From: a bacterium
Lineage (GTDB): Bacteria > Zhuqueibacterota > Zhuqueibacteria > Oceanimicrobiales > Oceanimicrobiaceae
Direction of reading: 5' to 3'
Assembly: GCA_046758365.1 (NCBI GenBank)
Contig: JBHIAC010000057.1
Coordinates: forward strand, 1 to 18,036
DNA length: 18,036 nt
Shown here: in pieces, positions 1 to 7,280 of the stretch
Layout of the letters: each line of letters starts with the position of its first letter
How positions within the stretch are numbered: position 1 is the first letter of the stretch
The notes under the pieces: generated by a model
What the model saw: the letters and a program-made list of their open reading frames with translations, nothing else
Told to the model about the DNA's origin: nothing
The model's database searches: none
Program-made: the position numbers and the translations under genes

Positions 1-166
1 GTGTCCTGTTTCCTTATGTTTTTATTATTTAATAACTTGCGATTTTACCGCGCTGTGAACCTTTGTGCCGTAGGCAGAAAAGATGCTTTCCGCATGAAAA
101 TTGGGGGTTGTCCTTAGCTCGTAACAATTTAGTTTACACTGGTTATTAAACACGAAGGATTTTAAA

Positions 167-1219
167 TTGAATCTCTTAGGATATCTTGGCAAGAAACCCA
201 AGCCGTTTGTGCTGACATTCGCAATTGCACTCGTTGCATTTGTAGGATTTGTAGACTATCTTACTGGTATAGAGCTGTCGTTATCCATATTCTATTTACT
301 TCCTATTTCTATCGTTGCGTGGTATGCCGGGAAATGGGAGGCGTACCTGATTTCTATCCTAAGCGCGTTTACATGGTTATTGGTAGACATGTTGGCAGCT
401 CGTGTTTATGCCTATCCTTTTATTCACTATTGGAATGCGGCGGTTAGATTAGGTATTTTTTTAATTGTTACTTATATTCTATCAAAACTAAAAAGCTCAA
501 TTGAGTATGAATTGGAAAGCGCGAGCGAAATTCAAAAAGGATTTCTTCCGAAAGAGGTTCCGCAGATTCAAGGCTACGAAATTTCATGCGTATTGAAGCC
601 GTCCCACGCGGTCTCTGGTGATTATTTTGATGTAATAAAGTATAATGAAAATGAATTGGGATTATGTGTAGCAGACGTCGTAGGCCACGGAATTCCGGCG
701 GCCTTACTTATGTCCAACTTACAGGCGGCTGTGAAAATATTTGCTTCAAGCAAAATTGTGCCTCAAGAACTCTGTGAGAAATTAAATCGAACAATAAGTA
801 AAAATATAGTATCAGGTAGGTTTATTACGTTTTTTTATGGTTTATTGGACGCTAAAAGAAAAAAATTAGTATACACAAATGCTGGTCATAACCCGCCGAT
901 TCTTTTACGAAAAGATGGTTCGCATATTTTGTTAGATGCAAATGATCTTGTCTTAGGGATATCCCATGAGTGGAAATATAACCAGGGAGAGATTGACTTG
1001 CATTCCGGGGATCGTTTGATCCTGTTTACAGACGGTGTTACCGAACTCAGTAATTTCAAAGAGAAACAATTTGGTGTGGAGCGCTTGATTAATCTTTTGG
1101 AAAAAAACCATGAGCTTGATGCTTCTGACTTGCAGAAGCTAATCCTGGCAGAATTGACAAAATTCAGTAAAGGTGTATTTCCAGACGATATTACCTTGGT
1201 TGTTATAGCAGCACAGTAG
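167..1219 (+). CDS. Membrane-bound SpoIIE/RsbU-family PP2C protein phosphatase with an N-terminal ~4-TM (DUF4118-like) domain
   Basis: TTG start with GAAGGA upstream. About 105 hydrophobic N-terminal residues are followed by the PP2C/SpoIIE motifs EIQKGFLP, SGDYFD, VADVVGHG, NAGHNPP, FTDGVTE and DDIT. Confidence 0.9.
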   Translation: MNLLGYLGKKPKPFVLTFAIALVAFVGFVDYLTGIELSLSIFYLLPISIVAWYAGKWEAYLISILSAFTWLLVDMLAARVYAYPFIHYWNAAVRLGIFLIVTYILSKLKSSIEYELESASEIQKGFLPKEVPQIQGYEISCVLKPSHAVSGDYFDVIKYNENELGLCVADVVGHGIPAALLMSNLQAAVKIFASSKIVPQELCEKLNRTISKNIVSGRFITFFYGLLDAKRKKLVYTNAGHNPPILLRKDGSHILLDANDLVLGISHEWKYNQGEIDLHSGDRLILFTDGVTELSNFKEKQFGVERLINLLEKNHELDASDLQKLILAELTKFSKGVFPDDITLVVIAAQ

Positions 1220-1252
1220 ATGACTTATAAATTATAAACTTAACTTGAAATC

Positions 1253-1537
1253 GTGATTGAGGTAAAAAGGAAGTTAGCAGAACTCGACAAAGTACTTGTT
1301 GACTGTGGCACACTCTTGATTGTTGTACATGACTATCCTGACCCGGATGCCTTGGCCAGCGCCCTTGCCCTGGCACATCTGGCGCGTAGACGGCACAGCA
1401 GGCGTACACGCATTACTTATGGCGGGTTAATTACGCGCGCAGAGAACCGGACCATGGTACAACAACTGCGAATTAAGATGACCCATGTCGCTAAGATTGA
1501 GTGGAAACCTATGTTATTAAAAAATGGTTTGTTATAA
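1253..1537 (+). pseudogene. N-terminal fragment of a DHH-family phosphoesterase (NrnA/Pde2-like), truncated
   Basis: LIVVHDYPDPDALASALAL is the DHH motif I (HxxPDxDA), and YGGLITRAENRTMV is typical of the family. The ORF stops after 94 aa in AT-rich sequence, before the DHH motif and the DHHA1 domain. Confidence 0.75.
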
Positions 1538-1587
1538 TAGAAGTTACAGTAGACAAAGAGACCAAAAAATCAACTTCAGGAGATGAT

Positions 1588-2178
1588 ATGCGCAACCTAT
1601 TCCAACAAATTTGTGTACCAGAGAGAGATGTCTCCGCTACGGTTCTTCAGAGTGTATTGGAATTAGCTGTAGAATTGGCTCGTGAAGGACGTGAAGGTAG
1701 AAAGATAGGCACATTATTTACGGTGGGTGATGAAAAACAAGTTCTACAATATTCCAGACCCCTCATATTAGACCCTCTCTACGGACATCCAGATAAGATG
1801 AAAAGAATCGATAACCCTGATATGCGCGAGACGGTGAAGGAACTGGCCCAACTCGATGGAGCATTCATTGTTTCTGGTGATGGGGTATTGATTTCGGCTG
1901 CTCGTTATCTGGAAGCACCAGCGGACGGAGTTGTTTTACCATTGGGTCTGGGTGCTCGCCACATGGCTGCTGCTGCCATGAGTTTACACACAAGTGCCGT
2001 AGCAGTAGTGGTTTCAACCAGCTCTATTGTACGCGTATTTGACGAGGGTGAAATAGTCGGCGAAATCTTACCAGAGCTGTGGATCATAGGTCGAGCAAGT
2101 ATCTATATTCCGCATCCCCTCATCCAAGAAAGTGAAGAAGAGAAAATCACCGTTGTTTCAAAAGAGCGAGAACCCTAG
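1588..2178 (+). CDS. Stand-alone diadenylate cyclase (DisA_N/DAC domain, DacZ-like)
   Basis: AGGAG RBS at 1578-1582 precedes the ATG at 1588, which I prefer over the 1501 start. Motifs are ELAREGREGRKIG, KELAQLDGAF (DGA) and GLGARHMAA (RHR variant). Confidence 0.88.
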   Translation: MRNLFQQICVPERDVSATVLQSVLELAVELAREGREGRKIGTLFTVGDEKQVLQYSRPLILDPLYGHPDKMKRIDNPDMRETVKELAQLDGAFIVSGDGVLISAARYLEAPADGVVLPLGLGARHMAAAAMSLHTSAVAVVVSTSSIVRVFDEGEIVGEILPELWIIGRASIYIPHPLIQESEEEKITVVSKEREP

Positions 2179-2370
2179 GCTGAGACCACTAAGTGAGGAT
2201 GGTCTTATTGGAGTTGATTCACAATTTCCGTCGTGCCGAAATACCAATCTGAGGCTTCTTTCCTCAATTCCATATTTTGACTGAAGCCTTCCATCAAAGA
2301 ACTTCTTGCATCCCTCCGTTTGTCTGATCAATATTCAGTAACGATATTTTAATTATTTTCAAAAAATGTC

Positions 2371-2399
2371 TTGACAAATGAAACATTACTGTGTATATT
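2371..2399 (+). promoter_or_regulatory. Sigma70-type promoter of the GntR/ABC operon
   Basis: TTGACA (2371-2376), 17-nt spacer, TATATT (2394-2399). Confidence 0.75.
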
Positions 2400-2410
2400 A
2401 AGTATATACA
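2392..2410. promoter_or_regulatory. Palindromic operator, YtrA/GntR-type
   Basis: TGTATAT-taagt-ATATACA has perfect 7-bp arms and overlaps the -10 box upstream of two YtrA-like HTH genes. Confidence 0.7.
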
Positions 2411-2453
2411 GTATAAACAATAGGAGTAATCTTTTGTTAAATGGGAAACTTTC

Positions 2454-3962
2454 ATGCTACTCCACTTAACCGAAATGTCCGCTGAACCATTGCACAGTCA
2501 AATTAGGCGTCAATTAATTGAAAAGATTATAGAAGGGGAACTCGGCGACGGCGCTAAGCTGCTTCCCATCAGAGCCTTAGCGCGATCACAACATGTAAGT
2601 ATGAATACAGTAAAACGGGCTTATGGAGATCTTGAGCGTGATGGTTTGATAAAATCGAAACAGGAAAATGGATTCTATGTGACCTCGCTCACGCCTGAAC
2701 AGAGGCAGGCCATTACCATGCAGAAACTTCTTGGCAGCCATTCACATCTGAACATGGTTGAAGCTTTCTCAAAACAACTTATGTCAGTGTTTGATCCCGA
2801 AAAAATTAGGGGAATCATTGCGGATAATATTAAAAAGCATCTTTTGGTAAAAAGCGTATTTTTCGTATTATACAATGATCAAAATGATGAATACGCAATC
2901 TTACCTTGTAATGAATTCCCAAAGAAATTTGCGATCTCCAGAGATGACAGCTTGTTAAACTCAATTAACCACGTGACAGTACCTGTACCAATCAAAGCGA
3001 TGCAAACGAATGCAAAAGAAAGCACACTTTTCGAAGAACTGCTCGCCCGAGATGTTAAAATTATTTCGCCCCTCAGTGAAGCTCAACAATTTTTGGGTTT
3101 ACTCGCACTTACAGGCAAAATCAATGGAGCGCGATACTCCGCAGAAGAATTGAATTTACTGACCGTTTTAGCTATCCAGTACGTAACGGCTCTCAGAACC
3201 GCCAGATTCTATGTTGAGGCCGCAGAAAAGCGCCTAATGAAAGAAGAATTGACTATGGCGCAGAAAATTCAGGCAGGTCTTCTGCCCCAAGAACTGCCGG
3301 ATAACGAAGATTTTTCAATCGCTGCCTATTCCGACTCATCAAGTTCTGTAGGGGGCGATTTCTACGATTATCTTCCGATTGACGAAACACGATTCGGCTT
3401 GGTCATTGCCGACGCTTGCGGGAACGGCCTACCAGCCGCTATGCTAATCTCCCAAATTCATGCAATGTTGAAAAGCGAAATCAATAACGGTAAGGAGCTT
3501 CCATCTATTTTAGAGAATATGAACGAACAGCTCGTGAGTTCAACGCCAAAGGACAAGTTTGCTACGCTTTTTTACAGCGTGTTTGACGTAACTGAAAGTG
3601 AGCTGCAATACGCTACGGCAGGACATGACTATCCTATCGTCGTCCGGAAGGATGGCAGCGTCGAAAGCTTGCAAGCGACTGGACCTGCACTTGGCATTCG
3701 GAGAAATTCAACCTATGAAACAGGAGTTGTAAAATTGAATGGTGGTGACTTTATATTTTTCTATACGGATGGTGTGACCGAGACCATGAATGAGAGAAAA
3801 CAAGAGTACGGTGAAAAACGTCTGTTGAAGCTGCTAATAGGTAGTCGCCATCTCGATTCACAATCTATTGTTGATGCTGTGTTAAGAGACTTAAACTGTT
3901 TTTGCGGCGATAATTTGCCGCGAGATGATCGAACCGTGATGGTGCTGAGAGTAAAAAAATAA
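2454..3962 (+). CDS. Fusion protein: GntR(YtrA)-type HTH + GAF-like domain + SpoIIE/RsbU PP2C phosphatase
   Basis: N-terminal GntR HTH (EPLHSQIRRQ...LPIRALARSQHVSMNTVKRAYGDLERDGLI...GFYV), a GAF-like middle (LGLLALTGKINGARYSAEELNLLTVLA) and PP2C motifs (IQAGLLP, GGDFYD, IADACGNG, AGHDYP, YTDGVTE, DDRT). Confidence 0.88.
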   Translation: MLLHLTEMSAEPLHSQIRRQLIEKIIEGELGDGAKLLPIRALARSQHVSMNTVKRAYGDLERDGLIKSKQENGFYVTSLTPEQRQAITMQKLLGSHSHLNMVEAFSKQLMSVFDPEKIRGIIADNIKKHLLVKSVFFVLYNDQNDEYAILPCNEFPKKFAISRDDSLLNSINHVTVPVPIKAMQTNAKESTLFEELLARDVKIISPLSEAQQFLGLLALTGKINGARYSAEELNLLTVLAIQYVTALRTARFYVEAAEKRLMKEELTMAQKIQAGLLPQELPDNEDFSIAAYSDSSSSVGGDFYDYLPIDETRFGLVIADACGNGLPAAMLISQIHAMLKSEINNGKELPSILENMNEQLVSSTPKDKFATLFYSVFDVTESELQYATAGHDYPIVVRKDGSVESLQATGPALGIRRNSTYETGVVKLNGGDFIFFYTDGVTETMNERKQEYGEKRLLKLLIGSRHLDSQSIVDAVLRDLNCFCGDNLPRDDRTVMVLRVKK

Positions 3963-3963
3963 C

Positions 3964-4350
3964 ATGTTATTAAACTTAACAGATATTTCTTCAGAGCCGC
4001 TGCAAAGCCAAATTGTGCGGCAAATCCGCGCAAAAATATTAATCGGCGAGCTGGGTGCGGGTGCCAATTTGCCGTCGATCAGGTCCTTGGCCCGGGAACA
4101 GCATGTCAGTGTGATTACCGTGCAGCGCGCCTACGAAAGCCTTATGCGTGAAGAACTCATTCATTCCCGCAGGGGAAAAGGGTTTTTTGTTTCTGAACTT
4201 CCTGAACACACAAAAAAAGAAATGGCCAAACAAAGAGTACTCGAAAATTTAGAAAGTCCTATATCAGCCGCTCTGGAAGAAGGGCTGTCTGCTGATGATA
4301 TTAAGAGAGCAATCGATATCATTTTGAAAAGAAATGGTGCGATAGGATGA
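3964..4350 (+). CDS. GntR-family transcriptional regulator, YtrA subfamily
   Basis: 128 aa with LPSIRSLAREQHVSVITVQRAYESL...RRGKGFFV and a short C-terminal helix pair, directly upstream of an ABC ATPase. Confidence 0.92.
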   Translation: MLLNLTDISSEPLQSQIVRQIRAKILIGELGAGANLPSIRSLAREQHVSVITVQRAYESLMREELIHSRRGKGFFVSELPEHTKKEMAKQRVLENLESPISAALEEGLSADDIKRAIDIILKRNGAIG

Positions 4351-4392
4351 TATTTAGATACTGGATATAAAACAAAACCAAGGAGACAAAAG

Positions 4393-5277
4393 ATGCCAAA
4401 CGCGTTCAAATTTAAAGATGTGATTAAAACCTTTCCGGATTTCCAACTGGGTCCACTCACCCTGGAATTGGAGCCCGGTACCGTTCTTGGGTATATCGGG
4501 CCAAATGGTTCGGGAAAAACCACCACCATGCACTGTCTGGTAGGTTTGTTGAAAGCGGACAGTGGTGAGATGGAAATTTTCGGCCGTAGAAATGATCCAA
4601 ACAAACCAGCTTGGAAGTTTGACATCGGATATGTTGGCGATGTGCATGTTTTTTACGAAAACTGGTCTGGTGAGAAGAATCTAAAATTCCTTTCACAATT
4701 TTATCCGAATTGGTCAGATGAACTTGTTGAGGATCTAGCAAAACGGTTTGTCATTCCTTTGCATAAAAAAGCAAAAGAGCTATCCAGTGGAAATCGTGTA
4801 AAACTGTCGTTGATTTCAGCCCTGGCACACTCGCCTAAATTGCTGCTCTTAGATGAACCAACTTCGGGTTTGGATCCCGTGGTGCGCACTGAAGTGCTGG
4901 ATGTGTTGTTTCAGGTTTTGGAAGATGGAGAGAGAGCCATTTTTTATTCGACCCATATTTTGTCCGATATAAGTCGGCTTGCTGATGATTTGGCTTTCCT
5001 CGACAACGGTCAGGTTAAGCGCAGGACTGCCAAGGATGATTTAACCGATCAGTGGCGCAAGATTTCTTTTCGCCTCTCCGGGAATGATGTAAGGTTCGAG
5101 TCCATAGTGAGCCACCTGCGTGAAGGAAAGGACCACCAGATAATCAGCACTAATTATGAGGCTACACTGCGGCAGCTTCGTGATCTGGGCGCTGAAAACG
5201 TACAGGAGAATCGTATGACTATCGATGAAATTGCCGTGCAGATTCTTAAGGAGGGAAAAGATGTGGAGCATTCTTAA
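4393..5277 (+). CDS. ABC transporter ATP-binding protein (ABC-2/YtrB-like)
   Basis: Walker A GPNGSGKTT, signature LSSGN, Walker B LLLLDEPTSGLDP, H-loop STH, and an AGGAG RBS. Confidence 0.93.
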   Translation: MPNAFKFKDVIKTFPDFQLGPLTLELEPGTVLGYIGPNGSGKTTTMHCLVGLLKADSGEMEIFGRRNDPNKPAWKFDIGYVGDVHVFYENWSGEKNLKFLSQFYPNWSDELVEDLAKRFVIPLHKKAKELSSGNRVKLSLISALAHSPKLLLLDEPTSGLDPVVRTEVLDVLFQVLEDGERAIFYSTHILSDISRLADDLAFLDNGQVKRRTAKDDLTDQWRKISFRLSGNDVRFESIVSHLREGKDHQIISTNYEATLRQLRDLGAENVQENRMTIDEIAVQILKEGKDVEHS

Positions 5278-5941
5278 AGCGGAATTTAACTATCACAAAA
5301 AAATCTTCTTGGGCTTCTCTATCTTCGTTCCTCTCCTCCGTATCTATGCAACAAGTCCGATTGAAGATCTACCGCCGAATTATTTGATGTTTTGGATGAT
5401 GTTTTTGATGGTTCAAAGTTGGTATGCATTCAGGAACAAAGAAAAAAGAGAACGTCAGCTCACACGGTTGCCGATAACAATGCGAAAAATGGCACTTGCA
5501 CGTATATTCATGGTCATTATTTCCAGCTTAAGTTTTATCGTTTTCTATGCCATCATGTATTTTGTATTGGATCCTGTTAAGCCGGTCAATCAATGGATAT
5601 GGATTGTAAGTTTTGGGATAATTCTTTTCGGATTTTCAGTCTATTTTATTCTGGCCGATCTGTTTTCAGATTTCTTTAGAAAAATTGGGTTTACCAAAAA
5701 CACAATGGTCGTCGGTATTGCACTTTTTATGATCGGGTTCGCTCTCCTGGGCCTCTTCTTTTCCGTGACGACATCCGCCACTGGCAAGCCCCCTATTCCC
5801 ATTGGACCGATTATTCAATTCATTAAAGTGAATAATCCGTTTGGTGGTGAATATGGTATCGCTAAATTTATGGTTTTGAGCATTGTATCGGCGTGCCTAT
5901 CTGTTGTTACGTATGGTCACCGCAAATCTTATCTTGAATAG
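5261..5941 (+). CDS. Multi-pass membrane protein, probable ABC-2-type permease (copy 1)
   Basis: ATG at 5261 follows AAGGAGG and overlaps the ATPase end. About 6 hydrophobic segments; begins MWSILKAEF, contains LP...ALARI and ends RKSYLE. Confidence 0.75.
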   Translation: MWSILKAEFNYHKKIFLGFSIFVPLLRIYATSPIEDLPPNYLMFWMMFLMVQSWYAFRNKEKRERQLTRLPITMRKMALARIFMVIISSLSFIVFYAIMYFVLDPVKPVNQWIWIVSFGIILFGFSVYFILADLFSDFFRKIGFTKNTMVVGIALFMIGFALLGLFFSVTTSATGKPPIPIGPIIQFIKVNNPFGGEYGIAKFMVLSIVSACLSVVTYGHRKSYLE

Positions 5942-5959
5942 GAGCTTAAAATATGTGGC
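5921..5959 (+). repeat. Conserved gene-junction repeat (second copy at 6559-6597)
   Basis: CGCAAATCTTATCTTGAATAGGAGCTTAAAATATGTGGC compared with CGCAAATCCTATCTTGAGTAAAGGAGATAAATATGTGGC. Confidence 0.75.
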
Positions 5960-6579
5960 AAATTTTTGCAGCAGAGTTTCGTTATGTTTACAAAAACATC
6001 ATATTAGTGGTCGTGATTATCGTTCCCGGCGCTTTATTTTATTTCAACATTAGTGAAACCGCTGGTGTGGATAACATGATCTTTCCACTCACCATTGCTA
6101 CGATTTTCCAGCTCGTTATTTTCAGGATTCTAGAGAAAAGAAATCGTCATAGCATTCTTTTGCCCCTTTCCATTCGACAAATCGCAATCGCTCGCATCTT
6201 ATTGTATCTAACATCTTGTTTGGGATTTTACGGCCTGTATTTTATCCTTCATTTTATTTTCAAAAATCTTAGTCCCAGGTGGCAACATGATATTTACGAT
6301 GTGATGATGTTCTTCGGTTTAACTTTATTTGGATGTTCAGTTTATTATGTGCTGCATGATCTGCTTTTTTCTTTTTCACGAAAATTTAAAACTGCGGAGT
6401 TCGACTTGATCGTTTTTATTATTTTGATTACAGCAATTTTGTTGGGAATCCCTCTTGCCCTTGCACCTATGTGGGGAAGCACAGGTGACGCTTTGCGCGT
6501 TTTATGCTTCCTATCAGGTTTTGTTTTTTTGTACCCAGCTGTGGTCACATTTGAACGGCGCAAATCCTATCTTGAGTAA
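5953..6579 (+). CDS. Multi-pass membrane protein, probable ABC-2-type permease (copy 2, paralog of copy 1)
   Basis: Begins MWQIFAAEF, contains EKRNR...LP...IAIARI and FG.SVY..L.DL, and ends RKSYLE. AGGAG RBS. Confidence 0.75.
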   Translation: MWQIFAAEFRYVYKNIILVVVIIVPGALFYFNISETAGVDNMIFPLTIATIFQLVIFRILEKRNRHSILLPLSIRQIAIARILLYLTSCLGFYGLYFILHFIFKNLSPRWQHDIYDVMMFFGLTLFGCSVYYVLHDLLFSFSRKFKTAEFDLIVFIILITAILLGIPLALAPMWGSTGDALRVLCFLSGFVFLYPAVVTFERRKSYLE

Positions 6580-6590
6580 AGGAGATAAAT

Positions 6591-6671
6591 ATGTGGCGAC
6601 TTATTAAAGACGGAGTTTTTCTGTATAAGTACAGATTTTTGAGGGTCTTTTGCTTGAATGGGCTATTCTAA
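6591..6671 (+). pseudogene. Relic of a third permease paralog (26-codon ORF)
   Basis: AAGGAG RBS and ATG TGG in the same junction context as copies 1 and 2. Removing one A gives MWRLIKTEF, matching MWSILKAEF and MWQIFAAEF. Confidence 0.6.
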
Positions 6672-6692
6672 TTGTAAATTGGATCTTGTCAA
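6665..6692 (-). promoter_or_regulatory. Near-consensus sigma70 promoter antisense to the permease genes
   Basis: Minus strand TTGACA (6692-6687), 16-nt spacer, TAGAAT (6670-6665). Confidence 0.45.
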
Positions 6693-6773
6693 GAGATTTC
6701 TTAGGAGCCTTCACGACAAAAATTTATCGCTTTAAATGTCGGAAACGGTTCTCAAAAGAGCGCGATCTGGAGG

Positions 6774-6894
6774 TGTAACTCAACTCGTCTCGATTGAGCT
6801 GCCGGACATCAGCCAGCTTTGACTGCTGGTGGGTAGCATTGCAAACGAGGACGTGTTGCGTTACAAGCCTACTGCGGGTTAAAACCTGTACTAC
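6774..6894. repeat. Cluster of GTAA/GTAG-headed REP-like hairpins (inverted doublet plus a third unit)
   Basis: GTAA-CTCAACTCGTCTCGATTGAG on + and GTAA-CGCAACACGTCCTCGTTTGC on - form an imperfect rod at 6774-6865. The third unit is TGCGGGTTAAAACCTGTA-CTAC at 6873-6894. Confidence 0.55.
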
Positions 6895-6989
6895 AGACTG
6901 AGCGTTTCCTAAAAGTGGTTGACTACCTCAGTTAGTTATATCAGACAGAAACGGCGAAGGTTATTTTTGAAACAATCGCACTAGTGCAC

Positions 6990-7059
6990 GTCATTCAGGA
7001 GGAATCCTTTTAAGTTCAGGAGGAGATGCGACCGGCCAAAAAGATTCTTTCTGAATGAC
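6990..7059. repeat. GTCATTC...GAATGAC long inverted repeat (REP/MITE-like)
   Basis: 22-bp arms GTCATTCAGGAGGAATCCTTTT and AAAAAGATTCTTTCTGAATGAC with 3 mismatches (2 are G-U on +) and a 26-nt loop. Confidence 0.65.
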
Positions 7060-7123
7060 AACCACCAAAGGTTCACCGGAAAGTTCATGGAATAACCTTT
7101 TCAATTATTTTTAAGCGAAACTC

Positions 7124-7152
7124 TTGCTTTTTATTAAAACATTGGCTATTTT
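7124..7152 (+). promoter_or_regulatory. Putative sigma70 promoter for the hydrolase-symporter pair
   Basis: TTGCTT, 17-nt spacer, TATTTT, in AT-rich context. Confidence 0.35.
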
Positions 7153-7280
7153 TGAGCCAAGATAGTGAATTTACAAATTTTACAAATGGGCATGCGTTTC
7201 ATTCGTATCTTGGCGTCTTTCCTTTATTTCAATCAATAAGCTCCAAATTAAAGGCAGTAATAAACCCTCTGGAGGTCATA

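Noticed and set aside
1..120. Possible mobile-element end (AAAATTGGGGGTTGTCC)
   Set aside because: No partner end or transposase is visible in the window.
1501..1587. N-terminal extension of the DAC ORF from the GTG at 1501
   Set aside because: It overlaps the DHH fragment and has no RBS, whereas the ATG at 1588 has AGGAG.
2205..2294. Minus-strand 29-aa ORF MEGFSQNMELRKEASDWYFGTTEIVNQLQ
   Set aside because: No properly spaced RBS and no recognisable homology; possibly a gene remnant.
5225..5260. Earlier start for permease 1
   Set aside because: The paralog starts at MW, and the RBS precedes 5261.
6773..6866. Integron attC site (AAC...GTT-bounded rod)
   Set aside because: The boxes deviate from RYYYAAC/GTTRRRY, the spacer next to the R boxes is paired, there is no integrase or second site, and a REP doublet fits better.
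6741..6923. 6S RNA or HEARO/omega RNA (GTCAACCAC on the minus strand)
   Set aside because: Only the size or a short motif fits. There is no IscB/TnpB gene and no recognisable conserved core; an Infernal search would be needed.
7152..7280. 43-aa extension of the CocE ORF from the TTG at 7152
   Set aside because: The ATG at 7281 has GGAGG and begins a signal peptide.
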